DNA of 56,121 bases from Salisapilia sapeloensis CBS 127946. Taxonomy: Eukaryota > Protista > Oomycota. The notes under the pieces are model-generated. The model had not been told where the DNA came from and made no database searches. It saw nothing but the letters and a program-made list of their open reading frames with translations. A program made the translations under genes and the position numbers. The DNA is taken from the NCBI GenBank assembly GCA_023334545.1, contig JAADVB010000114.1, forward strand, positions 1 through 56,121, written 5' to 3'. Below, piece after piece: positions 1 through 11,289 of the stretch. How positions within the stretch are numbered: the first letter of the stretch is position 1; each line of letters opens with the position of its first letter.

Positions 1-69
1 GTCCTCCGCCGCCGCCAAGGACACTAGCACCGCCGTGCAGGCCACGACGAAAGCCACAGCTCGTCGCAT
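1..69 (-). CDS. 5' end of a secreted protein (signal peptide) running off the left edge
   Basis: The minus strand from the ATG at 69 reads MRRAVAFVVACTAVLVSLAAAED: basic N-terminus, hydrophobic core and an AxA-type cleavage site. The frame is open to the window edge. ATTGG lies at 122-126 upstream. Confidence 0.55.
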   Translation of the reverse strand, partial: MRRAVAFVVACTAVLVSLAAAED

Positions 70-1459
70 GCTCATTCCTATTCTTTCCTTCTTCTCCGAT
101 TGAAGATACTAAATGCACGTGATTGGCTTGAATGAGTAATTCGCTATGTGAGACTAAAGATAGCCCTATTTCTGCATGCAATATGCTTATGTGGTAAAGG
201 ACAAAGCGTGCGGTTGATATAAAAAATATGATCAAAAAGGGAGTTATATTGACAAAAAGGGAGCAGAAAGTAATATCTTTTCCAGATTACTGGTAACTTG
301 GTCCTGCTCGTTATACCAGTGACTAGGAGCTTCAATAGCCGACATGTTCAGAATGGTTTGAACTGAGCTAGCATGTACGGTGTGTGTACTAGGGAGCAAG
401 AGGAAGGTCAGAGGAGAAGCGATCCGTCGAGTCCAATACCAAGGTGCCAGTGAGATCTTCGAAATATCTGTCTACATAGCGGGATACTCCGAATATTTAC
501 ATAATGGAGAGAACAAAATCGTGAGCATTCAGAGGATGGAAATGTAGGCTGCTTCGAGGTAGGAGAATGCTATTTGCAAAGGTAAATATATCATTCTCTG
601 GATAAAAACAAACGATCGAATGAAATGTGTATCAACACGACGAATTTCTCCGAGACTAGTGCCTGGTCCATATACTTTGTTTTTATACTTCCACAGGATC
701 TCTCCACTCCATTTATGTGCAGAGCTACGGAGCCTGTCCACCTAAAAACAGGAATAATTTCCGATAGTGGATACCGCTCCGTACGCTAGTTATGGTCGAC
801 ACTTTCCCGCTTAATCATCTACCCGTCACGATACGTACAGCAAGAAGAGAGGACCTTCTGCTGAATCATATTCTGTTTTACATGCAACGTTGAAGAGAGG
901 GGCTTCCATACGATCGGAGATAGTATGCAACTCCTCGCGAACGGAAACGCAACGTACTGAATCCATCCTGGCGTGCGAACACGGTCGTTTCATCTTCCTG
1001 TAGCAACGATTTCATACTAATACAGGAATTCGGCGGATTCCACAAGTCGGATCCGCGTACGTCCAGCTCGCCCAGGTTCTATCGCCCATGCTGCCTCGCC
1101 AGTAGTCAGCATATCACCCGGACTTTATGTTGACGAAACCGATTTAATCGTCGTGTTGTAAAGCTAGTACAAGTTCCTGCCGAGTCGCTACGTGCCTTCA
1201 TGCCTCGCGTCGTCCGACCCTCGACCTTATCCAGCGTCCCTCCATCGACCTGATTCACAGAAAGATCGCGCGTATTAATAGTCTCCAAGCACCCATGATC
1301 TTCCACCAAAGCACTCGAAGAAGCCACCTTGGCCGCTGACTCGGCCTACGTCGATGACAGAAGTTGAATTTCCGCTAAAGTACGATGCATCTACCTGCTG
1401 CCTGGTTTTCATTTGTAAACTTGCGCTCGAGAAGACAGACAGTCTTGATCTCAGTGCAC

Positions 1460-2281
1460 ATGTTCATGACCAGTGCTGCCAATATGGATACCTCAGTCTT
1501 GCCGGATTGGGACTTGGATGCAGCCCTCGACCTCGATCTCGGACTTGACAACTGGCTCCTCGCATCCTCAGATGACTTTCTGGAGCCGCTCGAAAGCGAT
1601 ACTTCAGCTTTGCCAGAGATGGGCGAAACGTCTCCTGCTAGTGTCAATGCCAACTACGCGATGGACATGGACGACGTGTCCAAGCTATGTGGGACGCTCC
1701 CTTCGTCTCCGGATGACTTGCTCGCAGCAGGTGCTAATATGAACTCGAGTACGCGACGGAAACGGAAACTACCAGAGTCCTCAAAAGCAGCAGGGAAGCG
1801 TCCAAAGTCGAACAAGTCGGTGCATTTCGTCGACTCGAACGCAGCAGACCAATTGTACAAGCGCCGGTACGAGCGACTTCACGAGATCTTGACAGCGTGG
1901 AACACGGGCGTTATCGAAGACATTGAAGAGATCGCAGACAGCGTCTACGACCATGACGTGACGCTCTTCTGCCCCACATTTACAGAAGCGGTGCATGGCG
2001 TTCGAGGTGTGCTGTCCCACTGGGCATCTCTCTTGGACGCCTTCCCGGACGGAGTGATGGAAGAGTACACTATCCACAGTGCAGAGGACAACGGCGAGAA
2101 GATCAGCGCGTCGTGGGTTTTCAGTGGCACGCAGATCTTCCCGTTCTTTGGCGTCGCGCCGCGTAGGGAGAAGGTATGCATTCGAGGCAGCACCGTCTTC
2201 ACCTTTCGTGGCGACAAGATTTACCAGAGTTGGCTCATGTTTAATCAGAACGAGGCAATGCATAAGCTCATGGGCCAGTAA
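1460..2281 (+). CDS. Protein with a C-terminal SnoaL/NTF2-like domain (oomycete-type family)
   Basis: 298-codon ORF, with likely start ATG at 1460 or slightly downstream. A basic NLS-like patch (RRKRK) precedes an NTF2-like pattern (YDHDVTLFCP..HGVRGVLSHWASLLDAFPD..SWVFSGTQ..GSTVFTFRGDKI). Stop is TAA. Confidence 0.75.
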   Translation: MFMTSAANMDTSVLPDWDLDAALDLDLGLDNWLLASSDDFLEPLESDTSALPEMGETSPASVNANYAMDMDDVSKLCGTLPSSPDDLLAAGANMNSSTRRKRKLPESSKAAGKRPKSNKSVHFVDSNAADQLYKRRYERLHEILTAWNTGVIEDIEEIADSVYDHDVTLFCPTFTEAVHGVRGVLSHWASLLDAFPDGVMEEYTIHSAEDNGEKISASWVFSGTQIFPFFGVAPRREKVCIRGSTVFTFRGDKIYQSWLMFNQNEAMHKLMGQ

Positions 2282-2497
2282 GATAGTAATTAATCGCAAC
2301 GCAGTGTGCGTTCCATGGTCAGCGTCATAGTCAAGTGTGTCAGCAATAGCGAAAGAAAAGAAGAGTTCCATAAGGACAATAGATCAATGCTTTGTCACTT
2401 GCCAATTACTTGTAAGTGGGGTGCTACGTTGGTCCAGGTATGAAACCGCCATGCGAACGAAGCGGCACAAGTTGATCGTTGGGTCAGTAGAGGTAGT

Positions 2498-3489
2498 ATG
2501 CCACTTGCGCGTCGTCAGCGAGGACTGCAGTGGCCACCCCATCCAGCTCAGCTACTGGTATCTTCGCCGTGAGCCTCAGAATAACCAAATCACACTGACG
2601 ATAGCGTAGGCAATAGGAATGGCTACTAGCTCCACGGTCCTCTTCTATCAGTCCTCATTTCATGGTCTGTCTTCGTCAATGCAGCGAACGGCACAATTCC
2701 TCGTGTCGTTCGAACTAGTAATAGTGATTATTCTCTTCTTTCTGGTAAGCAGCTACCTACTTTCAGAAGTACCATTTAACTTACGAGTGGTAGATCTCGT
2801 ATCGAGACCCTGGAGTGGACGAAGTACCTACCAACGGACCGACGTGCTACGCCGCGGAAGAAGCGTCTCGACAATCTCCAGCTTTCAACTCTACTTTTTT
2901 ATTCCCAACGACATATTCTACCATCTCTCCTTCCGGTCGACTCCCGCGACAAGTACTACTTGAATGTCCAACCTGCCAAGTTTTCGTGGCGACCACGACC
3001 AAGCACTGCAGTAGCTGTAACAAGTGCGTGCCAGGATTCGACCACCACTGCATCTACTTGAACACTTGCATCGGGTCGAAAAACTACAAGCTCTTCGCCT
3101 ACCTCCTCACGTCGTCCATCCTCCTGCTATCCTCCCAACTCTTATTCGCGTCAGTAACCTTCATCTACATCCGAGATCAAGTTCTACTAGAAAGCACTCG
3201 CCTTTTATGCCTAGTCCTTTCATCGACAGAGCTATTCCTTCTCCTGCTTCTCGCAGGTTTCCACCTCTACCTCACCCTTACAGACCAGCCTACGCATGTC
3301 TGGCTCCGACGTCGGCAACAACACAGGAGGGTCGCCAAGCACCACAGCCAGGAAAGTAACCAACTCCTCCAGTCCAAAAGGATAATGACAGTCGATGCCA
3401 CCATGTCAGACAGATCTGACAGCCCTCGACACCAAAGTTACTCTGTCTCGATGTCCGAACATGAACACAGTACAGCTCAAAATGCATAA
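2498..3489 (+). CDS. DHHC palmitoyltransferase (3 exons)
   Basis: [29 protein letters not shown] is a canonical DHHC cysteine-rich domain. Exon 1 ([20 protein letters not shown]) is missed by the ORF track. Phase-0 introns at 2558-2609 and 2745-2793 join it to ISYRDPG. Confidence 0.9.
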
Positions 3490-3529
3490 TATCAAATCAA
3501 CGTTCTGATTCCATGACAAGTCTCCTTGC

Positions 3530-4913
3530 TTATGAAGTCAGGAACCGAATGCGATCCAGAATGTCCGCGATGGTTCGTCCTGCCTTGAATCCATCCAGCT
3601 TGCCTTCTGCGTCTGCCGCCTGGAGCATGTCGAGAGGAGACTCGCTTTCCATGAATGGCGCAAGCAGCTTGTCCTCTTCCCACGTCCACATCTCAGCAGA
3701 TGATTTCCCTCGAAGGTAGTCCATCGTCACGTCCAAGTCGCCCGTGGCAAAGTAGAGCGCTTGGGTGATGGCAGCAGGTCTGTGGTGCGTCATCAGTCGC
3801 ATCTTCTTCAGCGCCCGATCAATCTCCTCTCCTTCGATCCAATCCACTTCGACTGGCTCCTCTGTCGCCTGCGTGTTGCCCTCAGTAGAGGGATCAGAAT
3901 GCTCTCCTTGTCTGCCAGAGCTCGCTGCAGCAGGAGGATCCGGACGCTCCTCCGCGACAGAGCTACCAGCCGGCTGTGCTTCTACTGGACCCTCCGTCGT
4001 GGTAGAGGTAGGAGGCGGCGCCTCTGACGAAGGCTGCTCCGAAGTCGTGTCAGGTGATGAAGGTGGCTGCTCGGAGGCAGAGGTCCTCTTCCGCTTCGTT
4101 TTCTCACGCTGCACAGTGGGCTCTCTGCCTTCCGCTTGTTCGGGCCCGACGTCCAACTACCGCATGAATGGTTTACTAGTGCTCGAGAGAACAGGAATAT
4201 CATGTAGAAGCATACGTTTTTTGTAATAAAGTCTTGTCGCTCTTCCGCCGTCCAGCGCTTGAGCTTCTTTTTGTAGTACTCGTGCATGCTCTCAGCAGGG
4301 CGACGTGTAATCTACAGGCAAACAGTGCGTGAGACTAGCAGCAACAGGACGGAATCGATAGCTACAATACTTTTTCTTTCGCTGCATCTCGCCATACGTT
4401 GATACTGACGATGGAGCTGGGTGTTACGTTAGGTCCAATTGCGTCCTAGAGGATCCTATGTTAGCATGCTGCATAACACTTTATGCTATGCAATCGACGC
4501 ACCTCCACGAATTGAAGCATCTTGGCAACTTCTTGATCCGTGTACTTGAGTTTCTGCTTGCCAGTCCTTGCCTTTGCCTTGTACTTGGCAATGTCCTGGA
4601 GCTGACCTGCCTTCAAACTGTCCTCGATGAAGTTCGTCGACACCCAGTTCGTCGCTGGCAACAGACTGGGCTTTTCGACTAAAACAATGCCGTCCGACTT
4701 GGACTCTGCTACCGTGCCACCGTTCGTCTACAATTGTGCATCGTTTATATGACTTGTCAAGAACATGTTCCTAGGTCGATGCCGTACTTGGATGATCTGC
4801 GCGAGCTCGTCCCGACGCTCATTGCCAATCTTGGAGCTTAGATAGAACGAATGGCTGGCGAAAAGTGGCTCCGAAGCGACTTCGTCGCTGTCCTGGGATG
4901 CTGCGTCAGTCAT
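3530..4913 (-). CDS. RAP1: Telomeric Rap1/TERF2IP-like protein (BRCT + Myb + RCT), 5 exons
   Basis: Splicing introns 4787-4728, 4502-4446, 4370-4312 and 4215-4157 gives a BRCT (FASHSFYL..GGTV..WVSTNFIEDSLKAGQLQDIAKY), a Myb domain (KYTDQEVAKMLQFVE..VWRDAAKEKITRRPAESMHEYYKKKL) and a C-terminal RCT (QALYFATGDL..WTWEEDKLL..RIRFL). Confidence 0.85.
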
Positions 4914-5504
4914 GGGAAGCGAGGGCTTTTGCAGCGAGGTTCAAGGGTTTGCCGCCGTTCTTTTTCTCCCAGGCTTCAAATGAAAAGCGTATAATCGTTT
5001 CGTGTGTATATACTAAAAGTAAGATAAATGTATTGACCGATGGAGAGAGTTTTGTGGAATCGGACGTCAGGGACGATTTAAACCAGAGCTCCAATATCGA
5101 AAGCAATTGGGCTAGATGGGGTCGGAGAAACTTTACGACCTAGCTAAAGTAGAGAAAGAGTAGTTAATACGAGTGGATATCCTATAATAGTAGATAAATC
5201 CATTTCTATCACTTTGGGAGGAAGCAATGGCACCTATAGTAGCGATCGAAATGCCCACAAGCTCTTCCAGCATGACAAGAGTGGAAACAGCCATACCAAG
5301 AGACACGTAGAAACAGAAGAAACTAATATATCCTTTAAGCTTCTACCAAACTCTTCCTTTCCTACAAGACTCGCTTTCCCATCTCTCATCTGTATCTGCA
5401 GTTGCATACTCTAGTCAAGGTTAAATAGCAGCTTTTTAAGCTCCATCCGGAAGTCGATCGTCAGGTTGGAATCGTCGGCTCAACTGGTCGCTTCAAGCAT
5501 ATAG

Positions 5505-6825
5505 ATGTCTGCAGCGACCGCATCGGAGCGGCTCTTCTTAGCATGGCTACGAGAGAATGGTGCGAGCTTTGACAAGATCGAGTGGCCCGTTTGGACGCCC
5601 ACGGGACTCCGCGGCGCAATCGCCAAGGAAGACATTAGTCCGAATGAAGTCATGCTGTCGATACCCAAGAAGCTGCTTATTTCAGAGGCTACTTGCTGGG
5701 CAGATGCACAGCTCCAACCGTTCTACGAAGCCCACAGAGACCTGTTTGCACGGGATGATCCGCTACTTGCTCTCTTTCTCACCAAGGAGCTCACGAAAGG
5801 CCCCGAGTCTTTCTATCATCCGTACCTTGCCATGCTTCCATCTCCGACGACAATCCAGAACTGGACAGACGAAGAGCTCATGGAACTTCAAGACATGTAC
5901 GTCTACAAATATACCAATTGCATTCGTATATCTGCTCATTGTCATCGTCAAAAGTGACCTCGTCGAAGCATGTGAGCGCCGGAACATTGACATTCAGCAG
6001 TACTACGACCGCATCATGACTCTCTTGGACAATGAGTATCCGGTATGACACTTTTTCTATCCTACACCATCATATTCTCACCGTCATGCGCCTTAGAACC
6101 ACTACCCACGGGACGAGTACACGTTCGAGAGCTTCCGATTCATGTGGCAGACAATCCAAGCACGGACGTTCGGTCGTCTCTTGCCCTGGACAGCCCTCGT
6201 GCCGTTTGCAGATTGTCTGAATCATGCCAACGTCGCGACCAAGTACGTCCTAGACGACGATTTCAATGCATTCGAGCTCTTCCCATCGAGCGACAATGCG
6301 TATACCAAAGGCCAAGAAGTGTTCAACAGCTACGGACGTCGTCCGAACCACCAGCTCCTACTGGACTATGGCTTTGCGCTTCCAGACAACGAGTGGGACT
6401 TTGTCGACGTCCAATTGTCCAAGGACGAACGACTCTTCTTCCTAGAGTACGACGTCAGACTGCCGTTAGGTCGACTGCGCGTCCATCGAAACCGACCTCC
6501 GAACGACTTGATCCCTTCCTGCTTAATGGACGAAGAGAGTGAAGAAGAGGACAACGATGACACTCGAATGGATTTCCTCACCACACTGCAGCGAGTCGTG
6601 GCACGATGTCTGCTGTCTTATCCGACCACAACGGAGCGAGATGAAGCTCTGCTACAAGCGGCAGATGGCGACCGGAAGAAGACGGCGATCGTCTACCGCC
6701 TGAGCAAGAAGCGCATCCTAGAGTCCTTACTGGACGACGTCGCAGACAAGATCGGTACGTTCGAGGAAGACGAGACGGACTCTTTCGTGGACGAATTTGA
6801 TAAAGTAGATTTAGATTCGAATTAA
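5505..6825 (+). CDS. SET-domain methyltransferase, Rubisco-LSMT/SETD3-like, 3 exons
   Basis: Motifs FLAWLRENG, GLRGAIAKEDI, YHPYLAMLP, ALVPFADCLNH and EVFNSYG..LLLDYGF. Introns at 5897-5954 and 6043-6096. Confidence 0.87.
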
Positions 6826-6853
6826 AAGCCCATCTCCGACATTAAAGTATCGC

Positions 6854-9800
6854 TCAGTCGGTCGGACGATTGCAGCTATCCAGTACGATCGACAGGAATC
6901 GGTCCTTTTGTTCCTTCGACTCAAAGTAGAATTCGCGTTCTATCCACACGAGCGTCAGTCCACATCCACACTTCTCTACTGCAAACTCTTACCTTCTTTG
7001 CCGTAGCTCGAGATCCCAGAGACACTCACCACCTGCTGCTCCTCGTTACTCTTATCCGTCACAGCTTCCTCGCTCTCAAACTACTCGTCATCAGCTACTA
7101 TTTTCACAACCATCACGACAGACATACCATAAGCTGCAGCCATGGCTCGTTCCCGACTTCCGCATCGTCCACCACCTTCCACAGCAAGAAGCGGCAGGTC
7201 CGGTAGATGACAAACCTCTCCTTGAGATTCTGGCCGAGCGTCCCGGTCGTCTTCATCGTCGCACTCCAGAGACCATGATGGCGCAGTCGAAGCTCTTCCT
7301 CCACTTCTCTCCGTTTATTCGCCTCCTGCATCTTCGTGTACACTTGTCTCTCCGCGTCATACGCTCGAATGAGCTCTTGATCGGTCGGAAGGGACGACAA
7401 AAAATTCCACAAGATCGTACGGAGTTGGTTGCTCGGCGGCAAGTCTTCAAAGAAGACGGCCGTAAACTCACTCAGTCCACCCAGGAGGACGATCCATCGA
7501 CTCGGGACGATGGAGAAGACGACTGCAGCCGCCAGCACGATGGCAAACGCCACGGCTGTCTTCCACGGATGTGCCCAGTTAAACAGGTTCTCGGCGCACG
7601 CCCACGCGCCACAGAAGCGCCCGATCTGGTCCTGCAGACTCTTCATCGTATCCCGGACCTTCCAGAACGTGTCGATGAACTGCCCACCGATCACGTTCGA
7701 CTTCTCCTTCTCCGCCAGACGCTCGCACACGAACGTCGAGAGGTTGCGTTCGGCTCGAGATGTTCCGCCCGACCGACGGCGGTACGGCGGGGCAGACAGC
7801 GGCGTCAGCGGACTCTCCTCCTCCTTCATCGAATGCGGCGTCTCGGTGAACCGACTCGATGTGCGACTCGCAGGCAGCTTGAACTCGACTCGCACCAGCA
7901 ACCGATCACTTTCTTCTGCCAGCGCCACGTGCTGCACGTCAGACGCATGTACGACGCCTTCGCCTGTCGACGGATTCGGCGGCGTCGACAGTAGCGGAAG
8001 AGCAAACTCCATCGTCGAGTCCTTTCGCGCCTCAAACTCCCGCAGCGCAATGGTGGAAGACGCGACAACCAGGTCCGGCGTTTCCTTGGGTTCTCCCGTC
8101 AGCGAGATGCACAGATCGAACTGCACGAGGCCAGGGAAGCATCTCCAAGGCGCCAGGTCATGCCGGCCAGAGTACAGCTTCCGACACGCTTGCGGCACGG
8201 GAAAGTAATACGCGTGATGGTCCACGCCGTAGGCTTCTTCCTTCTCCTCACTCCTGTCGATGCAGTGCGCACAGCTGCAGACGTCCCGCGCATGTGGCCA
8301 CGAGATGGCGAAGTTGCGATATGGAAAGTCCTTGCGCTGCTTACTAGTAAAGTGCTGCGCGAGCATCTGTGCACGGGACTGGAGGCCTGAGGCACTGTCA
8401 TAGAGCGACGGTTTTCGCCAGACCGGGTGCTTGGTCTTCTCCACCACGTGCGTCCAGCCGACGAGTGCCTGGTCAAAGCCAGAGGGGACGAAGACCGTGT
8501 CTCCACCCAGCTCGGTCGTCGCGCCGTCGTTCGGCAAGTACTTGACCAGGACGTAGAGACTCATCTTGGAGGATGCAACGTCCCGTAGCATCGACTGCGA
8601 GTTCATGAGCAGGTGCTCAGTGCTTTCAGACAACTGCGCTTCATGGACAGCGACGTGGAGGTCCGCCAGAGGACGATAGAGCTTCAGGTTGTCCGTTTCC
8701 TCCTCGTCATGCTCGGTGAACCAGACCCATCTCTCGGCAAACGACCCGTCCAGTCGACGCTGCAGCTGCACCAGCATATACAGGACAATACCATACAAGA
8801 CGTACGCGACGGCGTACTCGAGGTCGCCAAAGACGCAGATGAAGACAAAGACAAAGAGACACACGCCCGACTTCTTCCGGTTCTTCCACGCAATGATGTT
8901 CCCATACTCTGCGTCTAGCCACTGGAAGAGTCGTAGGATGCGACTGAACCGCTGGATCGTCAGTCGCAGACTCTCGACCGTCACGTCCTTATCCTCTCGC
9001 TCGAGCAACGACTGGTCTTCCACCGGACGCAGTTGCAGCAGCTCTTCCTTCGACTCGACGTACTCTAGTTTTAAAAGCGCAAAGCCCTTCTGCTTCGCAT
9101 GCTCCCCACTAGTCGGCTGTGGTTCATTCACATGGTATTTGTCGTTCTCTGCTGACGGCCGCGCGCCATCGTATCCGCGTCGGCCGTTCCGCGCCTCCAT
9201 CTCGAGATACGACAGCGGGATCTTGAGCTGCTGCATGAGCCTATTGGACTTGACGAACGCATCGTAGCTCTGCTGCAGCAGCTGAAACAAGGACGCTGAC
9301 ACTTCGCCCACACACGTGTCGCTGTTAAAGTCAATCACTTCAATCTTAAACGGCTTCGTCCGGTTCGCAATGCGGAAGCAGACTCGCTCCATAAACATCG
9401 GGTCAGCACTCTTGAGCACCGGACTCGTCTCGTACACGAGGTCGTCGAACCGCAGACGGCAGTACGTGTCACCTGCAAACACATTCCGTGCGTGGAAGTC
9501 TTCGTCCGGACGACAGTGCTTGGTGCACAGATGCAGACCCTGGAAGTTCACGTACAAGTCGCCGACGCGTCGACTATCGGTTGAGTGCTGCAGCAATCGG
9601 AATTGGACGCCCCGATGCTGCACAAACGTCGACGGCTTCACCGTCTTATCTCCAGCCGTCGTCACTTGGTCCTTCTTGTCATCCGTCTGTTCACTCGCAT
9701 CCGCCTCTTCCACTTGCTTGCACTCGCACTTGTTCATGGCCTTCATGATGCATCCTTTATGCACGTCCAGCGCACATCGTTCACATCGGTATCCCCACTC

Positions 9801-11289
9801 ACCTCCAATCATGTTCACAATCACTCGGTCGCATACGCCGCACATGGGAATAGCTAGACCCACAGACTTGAGCTGATGCACGCGGAACTTGTGCTCGTTC
9901 GCGGCATTCACCTCTCCTTCCGTCGGAACGAACTTGATGGACAAGAGGACACGCGGCGCGCTAGTGCTCCTCCGCATCATCATAGCCACTGGAGCTTGGA
10001 CCCTAGACGATAGCGTGAACCAGCGCTTGGCCTCGATGTTCGGGAACTGGAGCAACGGCGTCATGTCCAGGAGACAGCACGCGATCTGGTCATCTGAAAG
10101 GTAGTTGGCATTCCAGATGTCCACTTCTAACAACGGGATGGGCGTGATCGTGCTATTGTACATGTGCGTGAACTGCATCGCATTGTCGTCCACGCTCTTC
10201 CACAGCGGGTCGCGGCCGCCTTGCTCGGATGGTTGCGTCTGCTCCGGTTCTTTCCACGGCAAAAGTGACAGACGAGCATATGGCTCTTGCGTCCCGAGGA
10301 GCTGCGCTTCCGGTAGGTCTTTTGCGCGATGCACCGTGACATAGAAGACGCCAGGCTTGTTCACGTCGCTGGACGACGTCACGCGCAGGAGATCATCTCG
10401 AGACGAGATGCCGGGGCTTTGCTGCATAATGTCTGCGGCGAATTGGAGACAGCCCTTGTGCGCAATGACGCCGGACGGGTCGAGACGATACATGTTGTCC
10501 GGATCCGGCCACGACACGTCGCAGATGTCGCACTTGGGCTGCGTATCGGCGGGTAGCTCCACTGCTAGGCCGCTTTCGAAGACAGGGTCGACTTCCGGGT
10601 ATCGCTCCATAAGCTCCACTTCATCTGCCTGCGCACTCGCTCGGTCTTCAAATTTCTTCTGGAGCATCTTGAGCGTCGGGTTGGACGATCCCATCTTCTT
10701 CAGTCGAGAGCTACGTATGTCGTTAGTATACAAGTGGATAGAGAGACAATCAGCTAGGTGTACAGAGCGGAGGATATAGTCGTTCCGGAGGCATCAGCGG
10801 ACTCGTCATCGACGCTTTCGTCTCCCTGCGCGAGCTTCTCCAGAAGCTTCTCCAGCTCTTGTCCGGTGCAAATTCGCACCACATCTCGATCTGAGATGCA
10901 ATTGCCAATCTCGTCTTCTCTTGGAACAACTACGATCATCAAGTAGATTACTCAGTATGTACGTGGCGAATACTTGAGCACGTGGAGGTTACCGATGCCC
11001 GAGGACTCATTCATAAAGTGTAAATCTGGATTATTATACACGCGATGCATATCCCACTCCTGCAGTGCATCCTCTAGCGTCTGTTCCTTTCGTCCGTTCA
11101 CATGCTTCTTCTTCAAACCTTCGCAAAGCCTGTGCATAAACGGCCAACGTCATCAATTCCAACATCAGACCATGGTAGAAGAGATTAATAAACGCACCAA
11201 AAGCCAATCGAGTCTGCGTCTTCACTCGACTTGCGACCGATGTGCAGAGACTGGGATGCAGCCGACCGCACGCGCTGCCGGAGCTCCAT
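6854..11289 (-). CDS. Large multi-domain C2/C1/transmembrane (MCTP-like) protein with a C-terminal PH-like domain, 6 exons
   Basis: A 1206-aa core ORF carries C2 motifs (YVTVHRAKDL..PYARLSL; PMFMERVCF), a C1 domain (HKFRVH..CGVC..CERC..HKGC) and TM hairpins. Introns 11198-11130, 10962-10930, 10763-10711, 7127-7081 and 6992-6940 add an N-terminus (MELRQRV) and a PH-like end (EFYFESKEQKDRFLSIV) with TGA at 6854-6856. Confidence 0.83.

Noticed and set aside
144-1327. Short ORFs at 144-335, 529-741 and 1106-1327
   Set aside because: They are under 75 aa with no motifs, no coding-like codon bias and no convincing splice chain.
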